Source: Leptolyngbya sp. SIOISBB
GTDB taxonomy: Bacteria; Cyanobacteriota; Cyanobacteriia; Phormidesmidales; Phormidesmidaceae
Direction of reading: 5' to 3'
DNA length: 64,000 nt
Assembly (NCBI GenBank): GCA_010671905.1
Contig: JAAHII010000001.1
Location: 6,098,026 to 6,162,025 of the forward strand
In this document: one piece after another, positions 18,104 through 30,053 of the stretch
Layout: each line of letters opens with the position of its first letter
Numbering within the stretch: the first letter of the stretch is position 1
Translations under genes and position numbers: made by a program
Notes under the pieces: model-generated
Seen by the model: only the letters and a program-made list of their open reading frames with translations
What the model was told of the DNA's origin: nothing
The model's database searches: none

Positions 18104-18679
18104 CTATTCTTCAAATCGGCGCATCAAATAGGCCACCCCAAAATCTCCTTCGGGGTGAGCTTCCAATAGTTGAGCTAATTCAAATACCTTGGCAGCAATC
18201 TCCGGGCCGAGCTTGTCTATGGTGGCCGCCTTTTCGCGGGCGGCAAAGTCTAGTTCCTTGACCTGGCTTTGCCACTGGTCGTTAAAAATATAGTCCAAAT
18301 GTTGATCGAGTTGGAGTTGTTGGAGCACTTCCCATTCGCCGCGATCGCACCAATAACCGCGGCAATTGGGGCATCGTTCCACAAAAAATGTCACCTCGGG
18401 CAATTGCACCCGCCCCCGCACTAAATAGTTCTTGCAGTCGGGGCACAACGCGGCCCGATTATCTAGCGACACCGGTTGAAAGTTAATGTCCGCCTGGGTC
18501 GGCAGGATAGTCACTTGAGGAGCAGCATCGCGATCAACGCCCCGTTTGTCTTGCCATTCCGCATAACTTTCGGGACGAATCCACGCGCCCTCGCAATCGG
18601 GACAACACAGGGCTGGCAGTTCACCGGACAAAATGCCATCGCTGAGTTCTACCTTGAGTTCTTTAGGGCACAGCACCAT
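18104..18679 (-). CDS. Zinc-ribbon protein (two TFIIB-type CxxC...CxxC ribbons)
   Basis: CCPDCEGAW and CPDCKNYL...CPNCRGYWCD motifs. C-terminal helical domain of unknown function. Confidence 0.6.
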   Translation of the reverse strand: MVLCPKELKVELSDGILSGELPALCCPDCEGAWIRPESYAEWQDKRGVDRDAAPQVTILPTQADINFQPVSLDNRAALCPDCKNYLVRGRVQLPEVTFFVERCPNCRGYWCDRGEWEVLQQLQLDQHLDYIFNDQWQSQVKELDFAAREKAATIDKLGPEIAAKVFELAQLLEAHPEGDFGVAYLMRRFEE

Positions 18680-18974
18680 AACCGGTCATCAAAACCATCA
18701 AAGCAGTTCTATTAAACCATTACATCCCTACACCAACCGTTTGGCAGGCAATTTCCTTTCAGTGCCATCACGACCTCGTCAAGCAAATGCTCAAGCTTGC
18801 GTAGGCTAGTCGGCCAACATCTATCCACACACGCACATTCAAATGGGCGAGTCTTAGCGCATTAACGGCAGGTCTAGCTCATTACTCCTCTGATGAGGAA
18901 GATCGGGCGGAGCGTGCAGAGCGAAAGCTAATGTCTACTGCTGCTCACTGTAATTGCGGTTGCGACGAATGATC

Positions 18975-19130
18975 TCAATCCCAGTCAAGATGAAAGGCTT
19001 TGCGAGAATTGAGGCAGCGATCTATTGCCATCGCCGCTAAACATCCACCGCCCGCTGCCAGGACTGCTTGTTTAAGTGGAGTATTGCAAATACTCACGAC
19101 CCAAATTGACCTACACCCCGCCGTCAGGAT
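18975..19130 (-). pseudogene. Possible relic of the C-terminus of a thioredoxin-reductase-like flavoprotein
   Basis: A start-less 51-codon frame reads ...PLKQAVLAAGGGCLAAMAIDRCLNS...*, resembling the TrxB C-terminal [22 protein letters not shown]. The upstream GD motif is not preserved. Confidence 0.25.
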
Positions 19131-19394
19131 TTAGCGCGAGCTGATCGCTGAAACTATCAGTCTATTGGCTTGAGACCCTGGTGTTGTATGTACCAGCTTC
19201 ATCAGACTTCATGAACTTAACTGCCCCAGATTTTCGATAATTCCTAACTGGCCACTCTAAAAACCTTACGCCCCAAGACTTTTTAGAAACATCTATTGTA
19301 AAGATTGATACTATCGAGAATTCGTCCAATTAACTAAATCCTTAACTTCGAATTAAAGGCACATGTTAGCCAGAGAAAACACGATACATATAAA

Positions 19395-19409
19395 TCATCA
19401 ACTTGATGA
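19395..19409. promoter_or_regulatory. 7-1-7 palindrome in the AT-rich feo leader (candidate operator)
   Basis: tcatcaa c ttgatga is a perfect palindrome about 320 nt upstream of the feoA ATG. The architecture recalls 7-1-7 Fur boxes, but the sequence differs from the enterobacterial consensus. Confidence 0.2.
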
Positions 19410-19727
19410 CGATTACTCTCATTAAAGATCTCGAATCACCGCATTAATTGAAAACTCACGCCTGCTAAATGGTTGTTCAAATTTAGTCAGTTCTTGCTGA
19501 ATTCATTAATCAAAGAGGATTTTGTCTTCAATAAATTTTGTAAGGATGTCGGTTTTTAAATAGAGTTTATTTGCTTTCAGTTGTGACGGCATCTCGGGAG
19601 GTATTCCCATTTTTATTGACAGCTGCAGATCAATGAGTAGTCAGATTTACGTCGAAATCACTGAGGTAACTGGTCGACCAATAGCAGCATTTTGAGAAAA
19701 ATTTCTATTAAGCCACAGGCTTTCACT

Positions 19728-20439
19728 ATGAACGATGCGATGAATCCGAATTTTGACCCCATCCTCGATCGCCAATTAGGCAACATCACCTTCCTTGGCG
19801 GCACAGCAGATCTGCAAGAGGCGGCAATCGCGCCGCTGCCAACGGCTGCCTCTTCATCCACACCCAGTGGGGGACAGTTGCCCCTCTCCATGATGTCGGT
19901 CGGCGATCGTATCTGGGTGGTTCAGATCAAGGGCGGGCATCGCATGGCGCGGCGCTTAATGGATGTTGGCATTGTGCAGGGATGCGAAATCACCGTGGTG
20001 AGTCGGACGGAAAGCGGCTCGGTGATTGTGGCTCTGCAAGGATGCCGCATTGGCCTGGGAGCAGGGATGGCTCACCGGGTCACCGTGACAACCAACCAAC
20101 CGGACGTCACCACACCAACTCCCCAACTGGAGTCAACAGCGGCTCCAGTCGGGGAATCAACTGTAACTAGAGAGGATGCTATGACCGTAAATACCCTCAC
20201 GCTAGGGTCATTAGCCGTTGGCCAGTCTGGCCAAATTGTCGGCTACGAGCCTGGCGGTCATGCCTATCGCAGCAAACTTTTGTCGATGGGGTTGACCCCA
20301 GGCACACATTTCACTGTCAAGCGCCAGGCCCCGATGGGTGACCCGGTAGATATCGAAGTGCGCGGTTATCACCTGAGTTTGCGCAAAGGTGAAGCTGCCG
20401 CCCTGCAAGTAGAACGGCTTAGCCCTGAGGAGGTCACCC

Positions 20440-20450
<11 letters not shown>
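19728..20450 (+). CDS. feoA: Ferrous iron transport protein A, tandem double-FeoA-domain protein
   Basis: Two FeoA (SH3-like) modules: VGDRIWVVQIKGGHRMARRLMDVGIVQGCEITVV and VGQSGQIVGYEPGGHAYRSKLLSMGLTPGTHFTVKRQAPMGDPVDIEV. ATG 19728 is preferred over TTG 19692. Confidence 0.85.
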
Positions 20451-22773
<2,323 letters not shown>

Positions 22774-22780
22774 TCACCTG

Positions 22781-22888
22781 CAGGGGCGAGACCTTCTCGT
22801 ACTTGCCAACTCCCCGTACGGGCGAGGCATTCTTTAGACAACGTCCGAGTCTTGATCGATAGGTGACGTCAAGAATGCCCCGCCCCTG
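22781..22888. repeat. Hairpin repeat family 2, copy 3 (with a partial extra left arm)
   Basis: caggggcgagaccttctcg, then gtacgggcgaggcattctt ... aagaatgccccgcccctg. Lies between feoB and the feoC-like gene. Confidence 0.75.
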
Positions 22889-22912
22889 CCCATCCACCCG
22901 CATACCCAAACC

Positions 22913-23161
22913 ATGCTTCGTGACGTCCAGACCTATATCGCTGATCACCAGATTGTTGCCGTCAGCGATCTGACTCTACATTTTCATGTCAGCATCCACA
23001 CACTGCAGCCAATGTTGAATAAACTCAGTCGCAAGGGACGGATTCGCAAACTGCCTGCACCGGAGAAGTGTGCTGACTGTACCTGCTGTGATCACAGCGA
23101 TTTAGTCTGCTATGAATGGGTCAAACCCGAGGGCCAGACCTTACTCAGTTGTGCGCCATAG
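22913..23161 (+). CDS. feoC: FeoC-like transcriptional regulator (winged helix plus Cys cluster)
   Basis: MLRDVQTYIADHQIVAVSDLTLHFHVSIHTLQPMLNKLSRKGRIRK followed by CADCTCCDHSDLVC, the same layout as FeoC. Confidence 0.7.
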   Translation: MLRDVQTYIADHQIVAVSDLTLHFHVSIHTLQPMLNKLSRKGRIRKLPAPEKCADCTCCDHSDLVCYEWVKPEGQTLLSCAP

Positions 23162-23170
23162 AGGTGTTTT

Positions 23171-23473
23171 TTGCCGCAAACTCAAACAGTCTTAGCCTTA
23201 GAGGTTCCACAGTACGCTGATCTGAAGTCAGCGATTTGGGGTACCTGCCAAGCCTGGTGTCAAGCCCAGGGCTACAGCGATCCGGTTTGCCGCAATGGCG
23301 AATGGTGGGCCTTTCCTCCGCACAGTGTGATGCCAGTGAGCATCAAAACGGTTATGGCTTCAGACAGTCAACAATGGGTCAAAATCGGCCCGGTCACCCT
23401 TGCCCTCTTCCCAGATGGTTCTCTCGCCAAAGGCATTCCGGCTTCCGCACTTGCCCCGCGATCGGCATCCTAA
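23171..23473 (+). CDS. Hypothetical Trp/Cys-rich protein downstream of feoC
   Basis: 100-aa ORF with a TTG start 4 nt after gaggtg. No recognisable motif. Confidence 0.35.
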   Translation: MPQTQTVLALEVPQYADLKSAIWGTCQAWCQAQGYSDPVCRNGEWWAFPPHSVMPVSIKTVMASDSQQWVKIGPVTLALFPDGSLAKGIPASALAPRSAS

Positions 23474-23583
23474 ACGCTTCTCCTCAGTTTTTTTAGAGTC
23501 CAGGCTCCAAGTTTAAATTCTAGGAAAATTACACACATTGCCCCTACGGGCTCTCGCCAAAATCTGTACCGGAAAGCCTGTGC

Positions 23584-24807
23584 CTAGCGACCAACCGATT
23601 GAACCATCGTTTCTGGGGCGTAACCGGTGCTGAGCAGTTTGGCTAAATCGGTGCCTGGTTGCCAGCGATCGCGCAGGGCCTGAGCCGGTGTCATGCCGGT
23701 TTGCACCATTTGCCAAAGGGGTTGCAGCAGCGATCGCTCGGCCGGATCCGTCAAGGCTTGTGCAGCCACCCGCAATAGTAAAGTTGCCTGCTCTCGCAGC
23801 TGCTCATCTTGGAATCCATACAGAGCTGAGCGCTGATGAGCCAATGCATCAGGTACTAGGGCCAGTCCTGGTAGCGTTTGATCCAACACCAGTCCTTTGA
23901 TGAGGGCAAGCAAACTGCCATAGAGCGCAAAATCACCACAACTATCACATGCCTTAAATTCGATCCGCCCGATCTCAGCGGGTAAGCGAGCAATTTTGGT
24001 GAGCGAAGGCGTACTCTCAAGCAAATCTTCTGGCCGTTCTAAAAACACCATGGCCGCTGGCCGTCTCCCGGTGCGCAGGTGAGTCCGAACCGATAGCCCT
24101 GACCAGAGTTGCCTGCCATAAAAAGGGGAACTAAAGCTAAACGGCACGATCGCAGGACTATAGTAAGTCAACTTTTTGCCCACTCTAATCAACGCCTCCG
24201 GCGAGAGGCCAGCCATTGAAAAGTTCAGATCGGGGCCATAGGTCAGCATCGGAATGTGGGCCGTGCGTTTTTCAGGAGACGCTTCCCGGCGCGCGCTTTC
24301 GTAGTGGTTTAAGGGGGGCTGAGGCAGAAAATCCGTCTGTATGGGGTTAAAACTGATCAGTACCGGCAGCAAGTTAGCCGGGGCTGCGACCTCACAGAGT
24401 TGCGAGAAACTTTCTCGCAGTTCTTGGATGGTGCTGGCGATCGTCGGCTGAATGGTCGTGCGAATTTCAATGCCTTTGGGCGCACAATCGAGTAATTCTC
24501 CAGCCTCAGAAAAGCGCTCATAGCCTTCGATATACCACCGTTTCCGCTTAATGTTCATATCCCCGATGCGCAGTTGAGGATAATCAGTCGCATATTCGGG
24601 TAGCTGGGCGATCAACCGGTCAAACTGATCGAAGGTCGTGTTGGTAAAGTCGGCAAACTGGTGGGTTTGTAGATTCCAGAAAGCCACCTCGTGCTCAATC
24701 CCGAAATGACACTGACCCGTCAGAGAATTCGTAGCCTGATCATTCATTGCAATACCCCCGATGGTTGGCATCACCGCTAGAACTGGTGGCCGCAGCAGCG
24801 ATGTCAT
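23584..24807 (-). CDS. Glutamate-cysteine ligase family 2 / carboxylate-amine ligase-like protein
   Basis: FGIEHEVAF, KGIEIRTT and GRIEFKACDS strands resemble the GCS2/YbdK fold. The assignment is tentative. Confidence 0.4.
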   Translation of the reverse strand: MTSLLRPPVLAVMPTIGGIAMNDQATNSLTGQCHFGIEHEVAFWNLQTHQFADFTNTTFDQFDRLIAQLPEYATDYPQLRIGDMNIKRKRWYIEGYERFSEAGELLDCAPKGIEIRTTIQPTIASTIQELRESFSQLCEVAAPANLLPVLISFNPIQTDFLPQPPLNHYESARREASPEKRTAHIPMLTYGPDLNFSMAGLSPEALIRVGKKLTYYSPAIVPFSFSSPFYGRQLWSGLSVRTHLRTGRRPAAMVFLERPEDLLESTPSLTKIARLPAEIGRIEFKACDSCGDFALYGSLLALIKGLVLDQTLPGLALVPDALAHQRSALYGFQDEQLREQATLLLRVAAQALTDPAERSLLQPLWQMVQTGMTPAQALRDRWQPGTDLAKLLSTGYAPETMVQSVGR

Positions 24808-25028
24808 ATTTTAGCCGTCTGAGAGCCATTCGCAAGAAGAGCAAGGATTTACTCAAGAGAAATTCCGATGAACTTCTCTAAAGCCAGCATTCAAAGGCAT
24901 TCATCAGGAGAGAATACGTCGGCATGTCGAGCTTTCAAAGCAAAGGGCCATCTACAAGGGGTTTCTGGGGTTGCCTTAACAGATGAGAACCTATATCATT
25001 AAGACTATAAGCTTTGGGGTCGCTTATC

Positions 25029-25060
25029 GATGAGCCTGTCGCAATCGCGACAGGCTCATC
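25029..25060. promoter_or_regulatory. Perfect 14-bp-arm palindrome in a divergent promoter region
   Basis: gatgagcctgtcgc aatc gcgacaggctcatc, lying between the starts of the divergent genes at 24807 (-) and 25151 (+). Confidence 0.4.
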
Positions 25061-25150
25061 CGATTATTTCTCTGTTTGATTGAGGGCGATCGCGGCATAG
25101 CCGACTCTCAATCTTGTCTTCAAGGTCATCTTGCATTACAGGTTTGTCCG

Positions 25151-26125
25151 ATGCCTACGTCCATCGTCTCAAGCACACCATCAACCGCCTTGATCGGAAC
25201 AGCTGTTCCGGCTGAAATCTTTGTGTTGCTAGAAGTTCCACCCCCTTGGGACAAACCTGCCCTCCTCTCTGAAGGGGTGCCAGAAAGCTTGAGACAAGCG
25301 ATTAAGCCGTGGCTAGACTCGCCTACCAAAGTCAGGGTGCATCTGATCGCCAATGAGCAAACCGCCACTCACACTCAGCGCCGCATCCTGATTTTTCAGC
25401 AGGAGCACCGATTTTCCTCAAGTCCAGGCAACGCCACCGTCGGTGGTCGTCTCAGTCGCCAATATACCGCTTGGGAAACCCAGGTGCCCGCGCCCGCCGA
25501 TATGGCTCCAGCCTTAGATAGTTTTTTCCATCACCGTTCACGCGGGGCATCCAGCAATTTGTGGCATCGCTCTCAACAGCGGCACCTGATGATTTGCACC
25601 CATGCCAGCCACAATGAGTGCTGTGGGGCCTATGGCTATCCGTTTTATCAAGCGGCGATCGCCCAAGTGCAACAGCTGGGCCTTACGGAACAGGTGCAAC
25701 CCTGGCAAATTACCCACATTGGTGGCCATCGTTTTGCGCCAACGCTGATCGATTTTCCCCAGGGGCGGTATTACGGCAATCTGAATGAGGGGTCTTTACA
25801 AAAACTACTGCAACCGCAAGGTGATGTTTCTCCCTTGCTTGCAACCTATCGTGGCTGGAGTGCTCTACCTAAACCCCTCCAAATTTTGGAAACAGAGTTG
25901 TTGCACCAGCATGGCTGGCGTTGGTTTGCGGCTGCGGTCGCAGGACGTATTTTGAGCTGCGATGAAGCCCAAAAACAGCATCAGGTAGAACTTTGGTTTA
26001 AGTTGCCTAACCAACCTCTAAAGCGCTGTATTGGCGACATTCAGAACAGTCGAGTGGTTGACTATACAGTTGAGTCTCAACACGAACTCGGTGCCCAACA
26101 TTGGTCAGAGCGGAAAACGGGCTAG
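25151..26125 (+). CDS. Sucrase/ferredoxin-like (thioredoxin-like [2Fe-2S]) family protein
   Basis: CTHASHNECCGAYG and ITHIGGHRFAP motifs. ATG 25151 (MPTSIVSS) is preferred over the upstream TTG 25076. Confidence 0.65.
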   Translation: MPTSIVSSTPSTALIGTAVPAEIFVLLEVPPPWDKPALLSEGVPESLRQAIKPWLDSPTKVRVHLIANEQTATHTQRRILIFQQEHRFSSSPGNATVGGRLSRQYTAWETQVPAPADMAPALDSFFHHRSRGASSNLWHRSQQRHLMICTHASHNECCGAYGYPFYQAAIAQVQQLGLTEQVQPWQITHIGGHRFAPTLIDFPQGRYYGNLNEGSLQKLLQPQGDVSPLLATYRGWSALPKPLQILETELLHQHGWRWFAAAVAGRILSCDEAQKQHQVELWFKLPNQPLKRCIGDIQNSRVVDYTVESQHELGAQHWSERKTG

Positions 26126-26550
26126 TTCCCCTGACGGCAAACTCACCCTCATAGCACCCTCGCCCTTGTCCCTTAAACTGACTTTTCCTACTAAGTCCTA
26201 GGATGAGCAAATATCAAGGGTTCCGGGAGCGAAGGCGACTCGCAACAAGAAGCATCTATTGAGAATCGAAAACGAGTCTTTAGGCTTCCAGGGTGATCAA
26301 AACCTGCCAGATTTTTCTCCCAAAAAGATAACGGGAAAAGTCAGGTCCCTTAAACCCCGACAACTAACGGAAGGGAGTATGGCACATCAGACGACTCATG
26401 CTGTCGGCAGCCGGAATCCCCTTCCTCGCCTCGGCCCACGATCGCTCAGCTGGAGTGTGCGAAAAACATCGCTATAGATGCATCTTTCGGGGATGGTATA
26501 AACGAACTACACAATCTTCATAACTGGTTAGGACAAACCCATGAGTCTTG

Positions 26551-27945
26551 CTAAAACGAGGATTGGTTGCGGTCAAACAGTTGCTGGTTGTTTTGATAGT
26601 AGCTAGCAACGATCGCCAACATCAGCCACCACAGGGTACTGACTTGAGGCCGAAACCAAATGGTGTCAACTAGCCCATGTACTAGCATGCCGACCATGGT
26701 AGCAATCGCTGCTATTAGCCAGTAAGCCTGCACTGACTGCATTTCTCGTAGGCGCTGTAGACTCCGCCAACCTTGGCCAAAGGTGACTGATAGGAGCCAA
26801 AAAAAGATAGCTAACCCAATGATGCCGGCTTCTGCAGCAATTTCTAGCACAATGGAGTAGGCGCTAAGCGCAGTATAGCGAGGGCGTTGGAATAGGGGAT
26901 AAATTTGGTTAAAGGCATCATTGCCAGGGCCAATGCCAAGAATAGGACGGGCCTTGATCATATCGATCACCGCCATCCAAACATTGATGCGAAAGTTGTT
27001 GCTGCTGTCGCTACGACCCGCAAAAATACTCATAACGCGATCGCGCAAAGGATCCAAAGCGGCAATGGCAAGGCACAAGAACGCCGCTGAGCCGCCTAGC
27101 AACACGGGAATTGCCCACCGCCGCCAAAACTCGTTGAAGCGAATGCTCCAAAATTGCACCAGTAGCACCAGCAACATAAAGCCTGCGCCAACAAAGCCAA
27201 GCCACCCGCCGCGGCTAAAGGTTAGTACCAGGCAAGCCATATTTACCAGTAAAGACAATATTGCCAGTAGCTTGGGAGTCCACCGGGGCCAAGCAAAGAT
27301 AGCTGCGCCACTCAGCATCACCGCTGGGATGAGATAACCGGCCAGCAGATTAGGATTCCCCAAGTAGCTATACACCCGTGTTGTGCCGACTAGGTTTGAC
27401 GTGGGGTCGACCCAAGTCGCTAGCGCCTCGGCCCCAAAGAACCATTGGCGTAATCCGAACACCGATACGACTAAAGTCGTGAGTAAATACACCGTAACCA
27501 GCGTGGTTCGCAGTCGAGGATGGCGCAGCACCCGCGCCATTAGAAGGAACAGCAACACGTTGAGCGTTAGTTTGATCAACCCCGCGATCGCTGCCCCCCG
27601 CACCGGAGATAGGGCGGTGGCCAGGACCATAATGCCCCAATAGGCCATCACGACTAAGTGAATCGGTGTTAACCCGTCACCAGCCTCGTCTGTTAATGTC
27701 AGCAGCAGCCAAAAAGCGCTGCAGGCAATCAACAGTACACCGATCAGGGATGTCGGTACATAGGGGGCTAAGGCAAACAAAATCGCGATGATGACGAGGG
27801 CGATCGCATCACCCCACGGCAACAGAAGACTGCCTTGCCGCCACGAACGGGCAAAGCTTAGTAACTTGTGCAGCCGACTAACCTCACGCCATTGCGACAG
27901 CGCTAGCCGGTTGAGGGTAACGGTTTGCCAAACATTGCTCAACAT
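26551..27945 (-). CDS. ictB: IctB family protein (O-antigen-ligase-like, putative bicarbonate-uptake associated)
   Basis: Close to Synechococcus IctB along its whole length as I recall it (WQTVTLNRL..., YSYLGNPNLLAGYL, SRGGWLGF, SSNNFRINVW, TALSAYS). Confidence 0.9.
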   Translation of the reverse strand: MLSNVWQTVTLNRLALSQWREVSRLHKLLSFARSWRQGSLLLPWGDAIALVIIAILFALAPYVPTSLIGVLLIACSAFWLLLTLTDEAGDGLTPIHLVVMAYWGIMVLATALSPVRGAAIAGLIKLTLNVLLFLLMARVLRHPRLRTTLVTVYLLTTLVVSVFGLRQWFFGAEALATWVDPTSNLVGTTRVYSYLGNPNLLAGYLIPAVMLSGAAIFAWPRWTPKLLAILSLLVNMACLVLTFSRGGWLGFVGAGFMLLVLLVQFWSIRFNEFWRRWAIPVLLGGSAAFLCLAIAALDPLRDRVMSIFAGRSDSSNNFRINVWMAVIDMIKARPILGIGPGNDAFNQIYPLFQRPRYTALSAYSIVLEIAAEAGIIGLAIFFWLLSVTFGQGWRSLQRLREMQSVQAYWLIAAIATMVGMLVHGLVDTIWFRPQVSTLWWLMLAIVASYYQNNQQLFDRNQSSF

Positions 27946-28093
27946 AGCGGACCGGCAGCCCCAAAATAACTAGGCTTTATTCTGCATCATTCTGGTATTT
28001 TTCGGGACATTTGCTGCTGTTCCGCGCCCTGATGACCAATATGACTTACCGTGCCCCTGGCTTGATGATGCTGGGGCTGAGGTTGTCAAAACG

Positions 28094-29179
28094 CTACTGC
28101 TTGAGGAAGGCGACCAGCGCCTCCAACTTGTCCCAAGCGGCCCCACTTTGGAGCAGCGATCGCGCCTGTTCGATGCCGTTGGCAATCTCCGCCTCAAAAC
28201 TGTTCCCCTGGGTGAGTCCTGCCACTTTCAATGCCAGTGCTGTATTCAAAGCCACGACATCTTGCTGGGCCTGGGTACCTTGACCCTGCAGCAGATTCCG
28301 CATGATTTCGGCATTCTCTGCCAATTCGCCACCGCGCAGAGCCGACTTATCGGCCTCAATCAACCCAAAGTCACGGGGATTCAACACCTTTTCAGTCACG
28401 ATGCCGTTTTCTAGTAGAGCTAAGTCAGTACTGTCACCGAGTCCGGCTTCGTCTAAGCGCTCACGGCCATGCAGCACGATCGCTAGCGGCAACTCAAGCT
28501 GGTTCAAGGCTACCGCCATGGGGGTCAGCACTGACGGGTCAAAGACCCCAATGACCTGTCCTGTTGTCCGCAGAGGATTCACCAAAGGACCCAGCAGATT
28601 AAAGACCGTGCGCACTTTCAGGGTGCTGCGCAGGGGGGCCACAGCTTTCATCGCGGGATGCCAACCCCGCGCAAATAGAAACGTGATGCCAACCTCCTTC
28701 AGAGCCGCCTTCGCCTTGACGGGGGGCGCACTCAGATCAATGCCGAGAGCTTCTAACACATCCGCCGAGCCGACCTTACTGGAAGCAGAACGATTACCAT
28801 GCTTGGCCACCGCCACCCCGGCTGCGGCCGCCACAAACGCTACGGTGGTGGAAATATTGAACGTGTGGGACCCATCGCCGCCGGTACCACAGGTATCGAT
28901 GCGTGGGGTGGGTAAATCGGCATCGGCGGACTCGCCGCCCAGCGACTGCGCCTGTAATACCCGTGCCATTCCGGCCAGTTCATCAGCCGAAACGCCTTTG
29001 GCTTGAATAGCCGCCAAAAAGGCCCCGGATAACGTGGGTGGAATTTCTTCCTGCAGCCAACCTCGCATTAAGGCTTCGGCCTGAGGGGTCGCCAAGGATT
29101 GTTTATCGATAATTTGCTGCAGCAGAGCTGACCAGTCGGAAGTGGGGGAATCAGCGATCGCGGTAGTCACAGTATTCAA
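28094..29179 (-). CDS. trpD: Anthranilate phosphoribosyltransferase
   Basis: [38 protein letters not shown] and NLLGPLVNP motifs. Confidence 0.95.
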   Translation of the reverse strand: MNTVTTAIADSPTSDWSALLQQIIDKQSLATPQAEALMRGWLQEEIPPTLSGAFLAAIQAKGVSADELAGMARVLQAQSLGGESADADLPTPRIDTCGTGGDGSHTFNISTTVAFVAAAAGVAVAKHGNRSASSKVGSADVLEALGIDLSAPPVKAKAALKEVGITFLFARGWHPAMKAVAPLRSTLKVRTVFNLLGPLVNPLRTTGQVIGVFDPSVLTPMAVALNQLELPLAIVLHGRERLDEAGLGDSTDLALLENGIVTEKVLNPRDFGLIEADKSALRGGELAENAEIMRNLLQGQGTQAQQDVVALNTALALKVAGLTQGNSFEAEIANGIEQARSLLQSGAAWDKLEALVAFLKQ

Positions 29180-29190
29180 TCAAAATAATG

Positions 29191-29229
29191 ACAACAAAAA
29201 TAACCGGCCAGATTGATTGACCTGGCCAG
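29191..29229 (-). terminator. Rho-independent terminator after yggT
   Basis: The minus strand reads ctggccag gtcaatcaat ctggccgg, followed by ttatttttgttg. Confidence 0.5.
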
Positions 29230-29276
29230 TCATTACAAAGCTGAGTGCAACCGTTTTCAAGTCAAGTGAACGGTCT

Positions 29277-29603
29277 TTAAAAGGCGGAATAAGCCATGGT
29301 GGCAGCAACTTGGCTGACCCCTTGAGAGACCACCTGGAGCACTAAAAAGCCCAAAATTGGTGAAAAATCAATACCGCCCAATGGGGGAATAATTGAGCGG
29401 AAAAGATTGAGATAAGGATCAGTCAACTGACTTAGGGTTGCAAACGGTTGGCTCATCCAATCAACGTTAGGGAACCAACTGAGCAAAATCCGAATAATCA
29501 GCAATACGAAATAGATGTTCAAGAATGTTGCAAACGCCTGAGCAAACATTCCGACAAAAGAAGATCCCATGTATCTAATCGCCTCCTTATGGCTAGCAGG
29601 CAT
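29277..29603 (-). CDS. YggT family membrane protein (Ycf19-like)
   Basis: FLNIYFVLLIIRILLSWFP and GGIDFSPILGFLVLQ are typical YggT segments. The true start may be the internal ATG at 29570. Confidence 0.85.
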   Translation of the reverse strand: MPASHKEAIRYMGSSFVGMFAQAFATFLNIYFVLLIIRILLSWFPNVDWMSQPFATLSQLTDPYLNLFRSIIPPLGGIDFSPILGFLVLQVVSQGVSQVAATMAYSAF

Positions 29604-29888
29604 CCTTTACTGGTCTCTAGTGTACTTGATGCCTGCAAAATGTACGCCAGAGAGATATCCTCACCTTGCTGCCGAGAAATAGCGGTACAGGTTCTAACTA
29701 TTCTCCAATCACCAAAACTGTCAGGATTTTATTTTTGGTGAGATCGATCAGGTAACTGATCCTGGGCAGAGATGAGGGCTGAGTTTAAGGATGGAGAGAC
29801 TGCTTGCGCTCTATCAACCCACCTGCAGAGTGAAGGAACAAAAGTCTTGACAGAAGACAAGTGCTTTGAGTCCAACACTCCGTCGTGA

Positions 29889-30019
29889 CTAGGGCGCGTC
29901 ATCAATTAATCCAAGAGCCTTTGGGGCAGAGCATTTCCGCGCCCGCATTCACTCCATAGGCTAGGGGCTGTCGTTCCTTTGCTGAAAGGGTTTGGCCGCG
30001 ACCGGATGACAGGCCCTAG
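29889..30019. mobile_element. 131-bp CTAG-bounded MITE related to the IS5-family element
   Basis: Starts ctagggcgcgtcatcaattaat, 20/22 identical to the reverse complement of the IS right end. Ends gatgacaggccctag. Has an internal ctaggggctg at 29961. Confidence 0.8.
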
Positions 30020-30053
30020 AACAGCATGTCTAATCAGGAAACATTTGTTCTAG

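Noticed and set aside
18890-18927. Hammerhead-ribozyme-like core: CUGAUGAG ... CGAAAG
   Set aside because: The nucleotides that would have to form stem II (GGAAG... / ...AGAGC) pair only at the first G-C. No stems I/III or cleavage-site context can be drawn. Most likely a chance occurrence of two short motifs.
18931-18972. 13-aa Cys-rich mini-ORF MSTAAHCNCGCDE (metallothionein-like look)
   Set aside because: It is far too short compared with SmtA-type metallothioneins. It has no RBS and overlaps the region of the putative flavoprotein relic. There is no way to support it from sequence alone.
28302-29006. 234-aa plus-strand ORF antisense to trpD, with similar long antisense ORFs at 7601-8113, 21952-22452 and 52902-53312
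   Set aside because: Each lies fully inside a well-supported gene on the other strand. They have Arg/Ser/Pro/Ala-rich, low-complexity translations and no motifs. This is the usual open antisense frame of GC-rich coding DNA.
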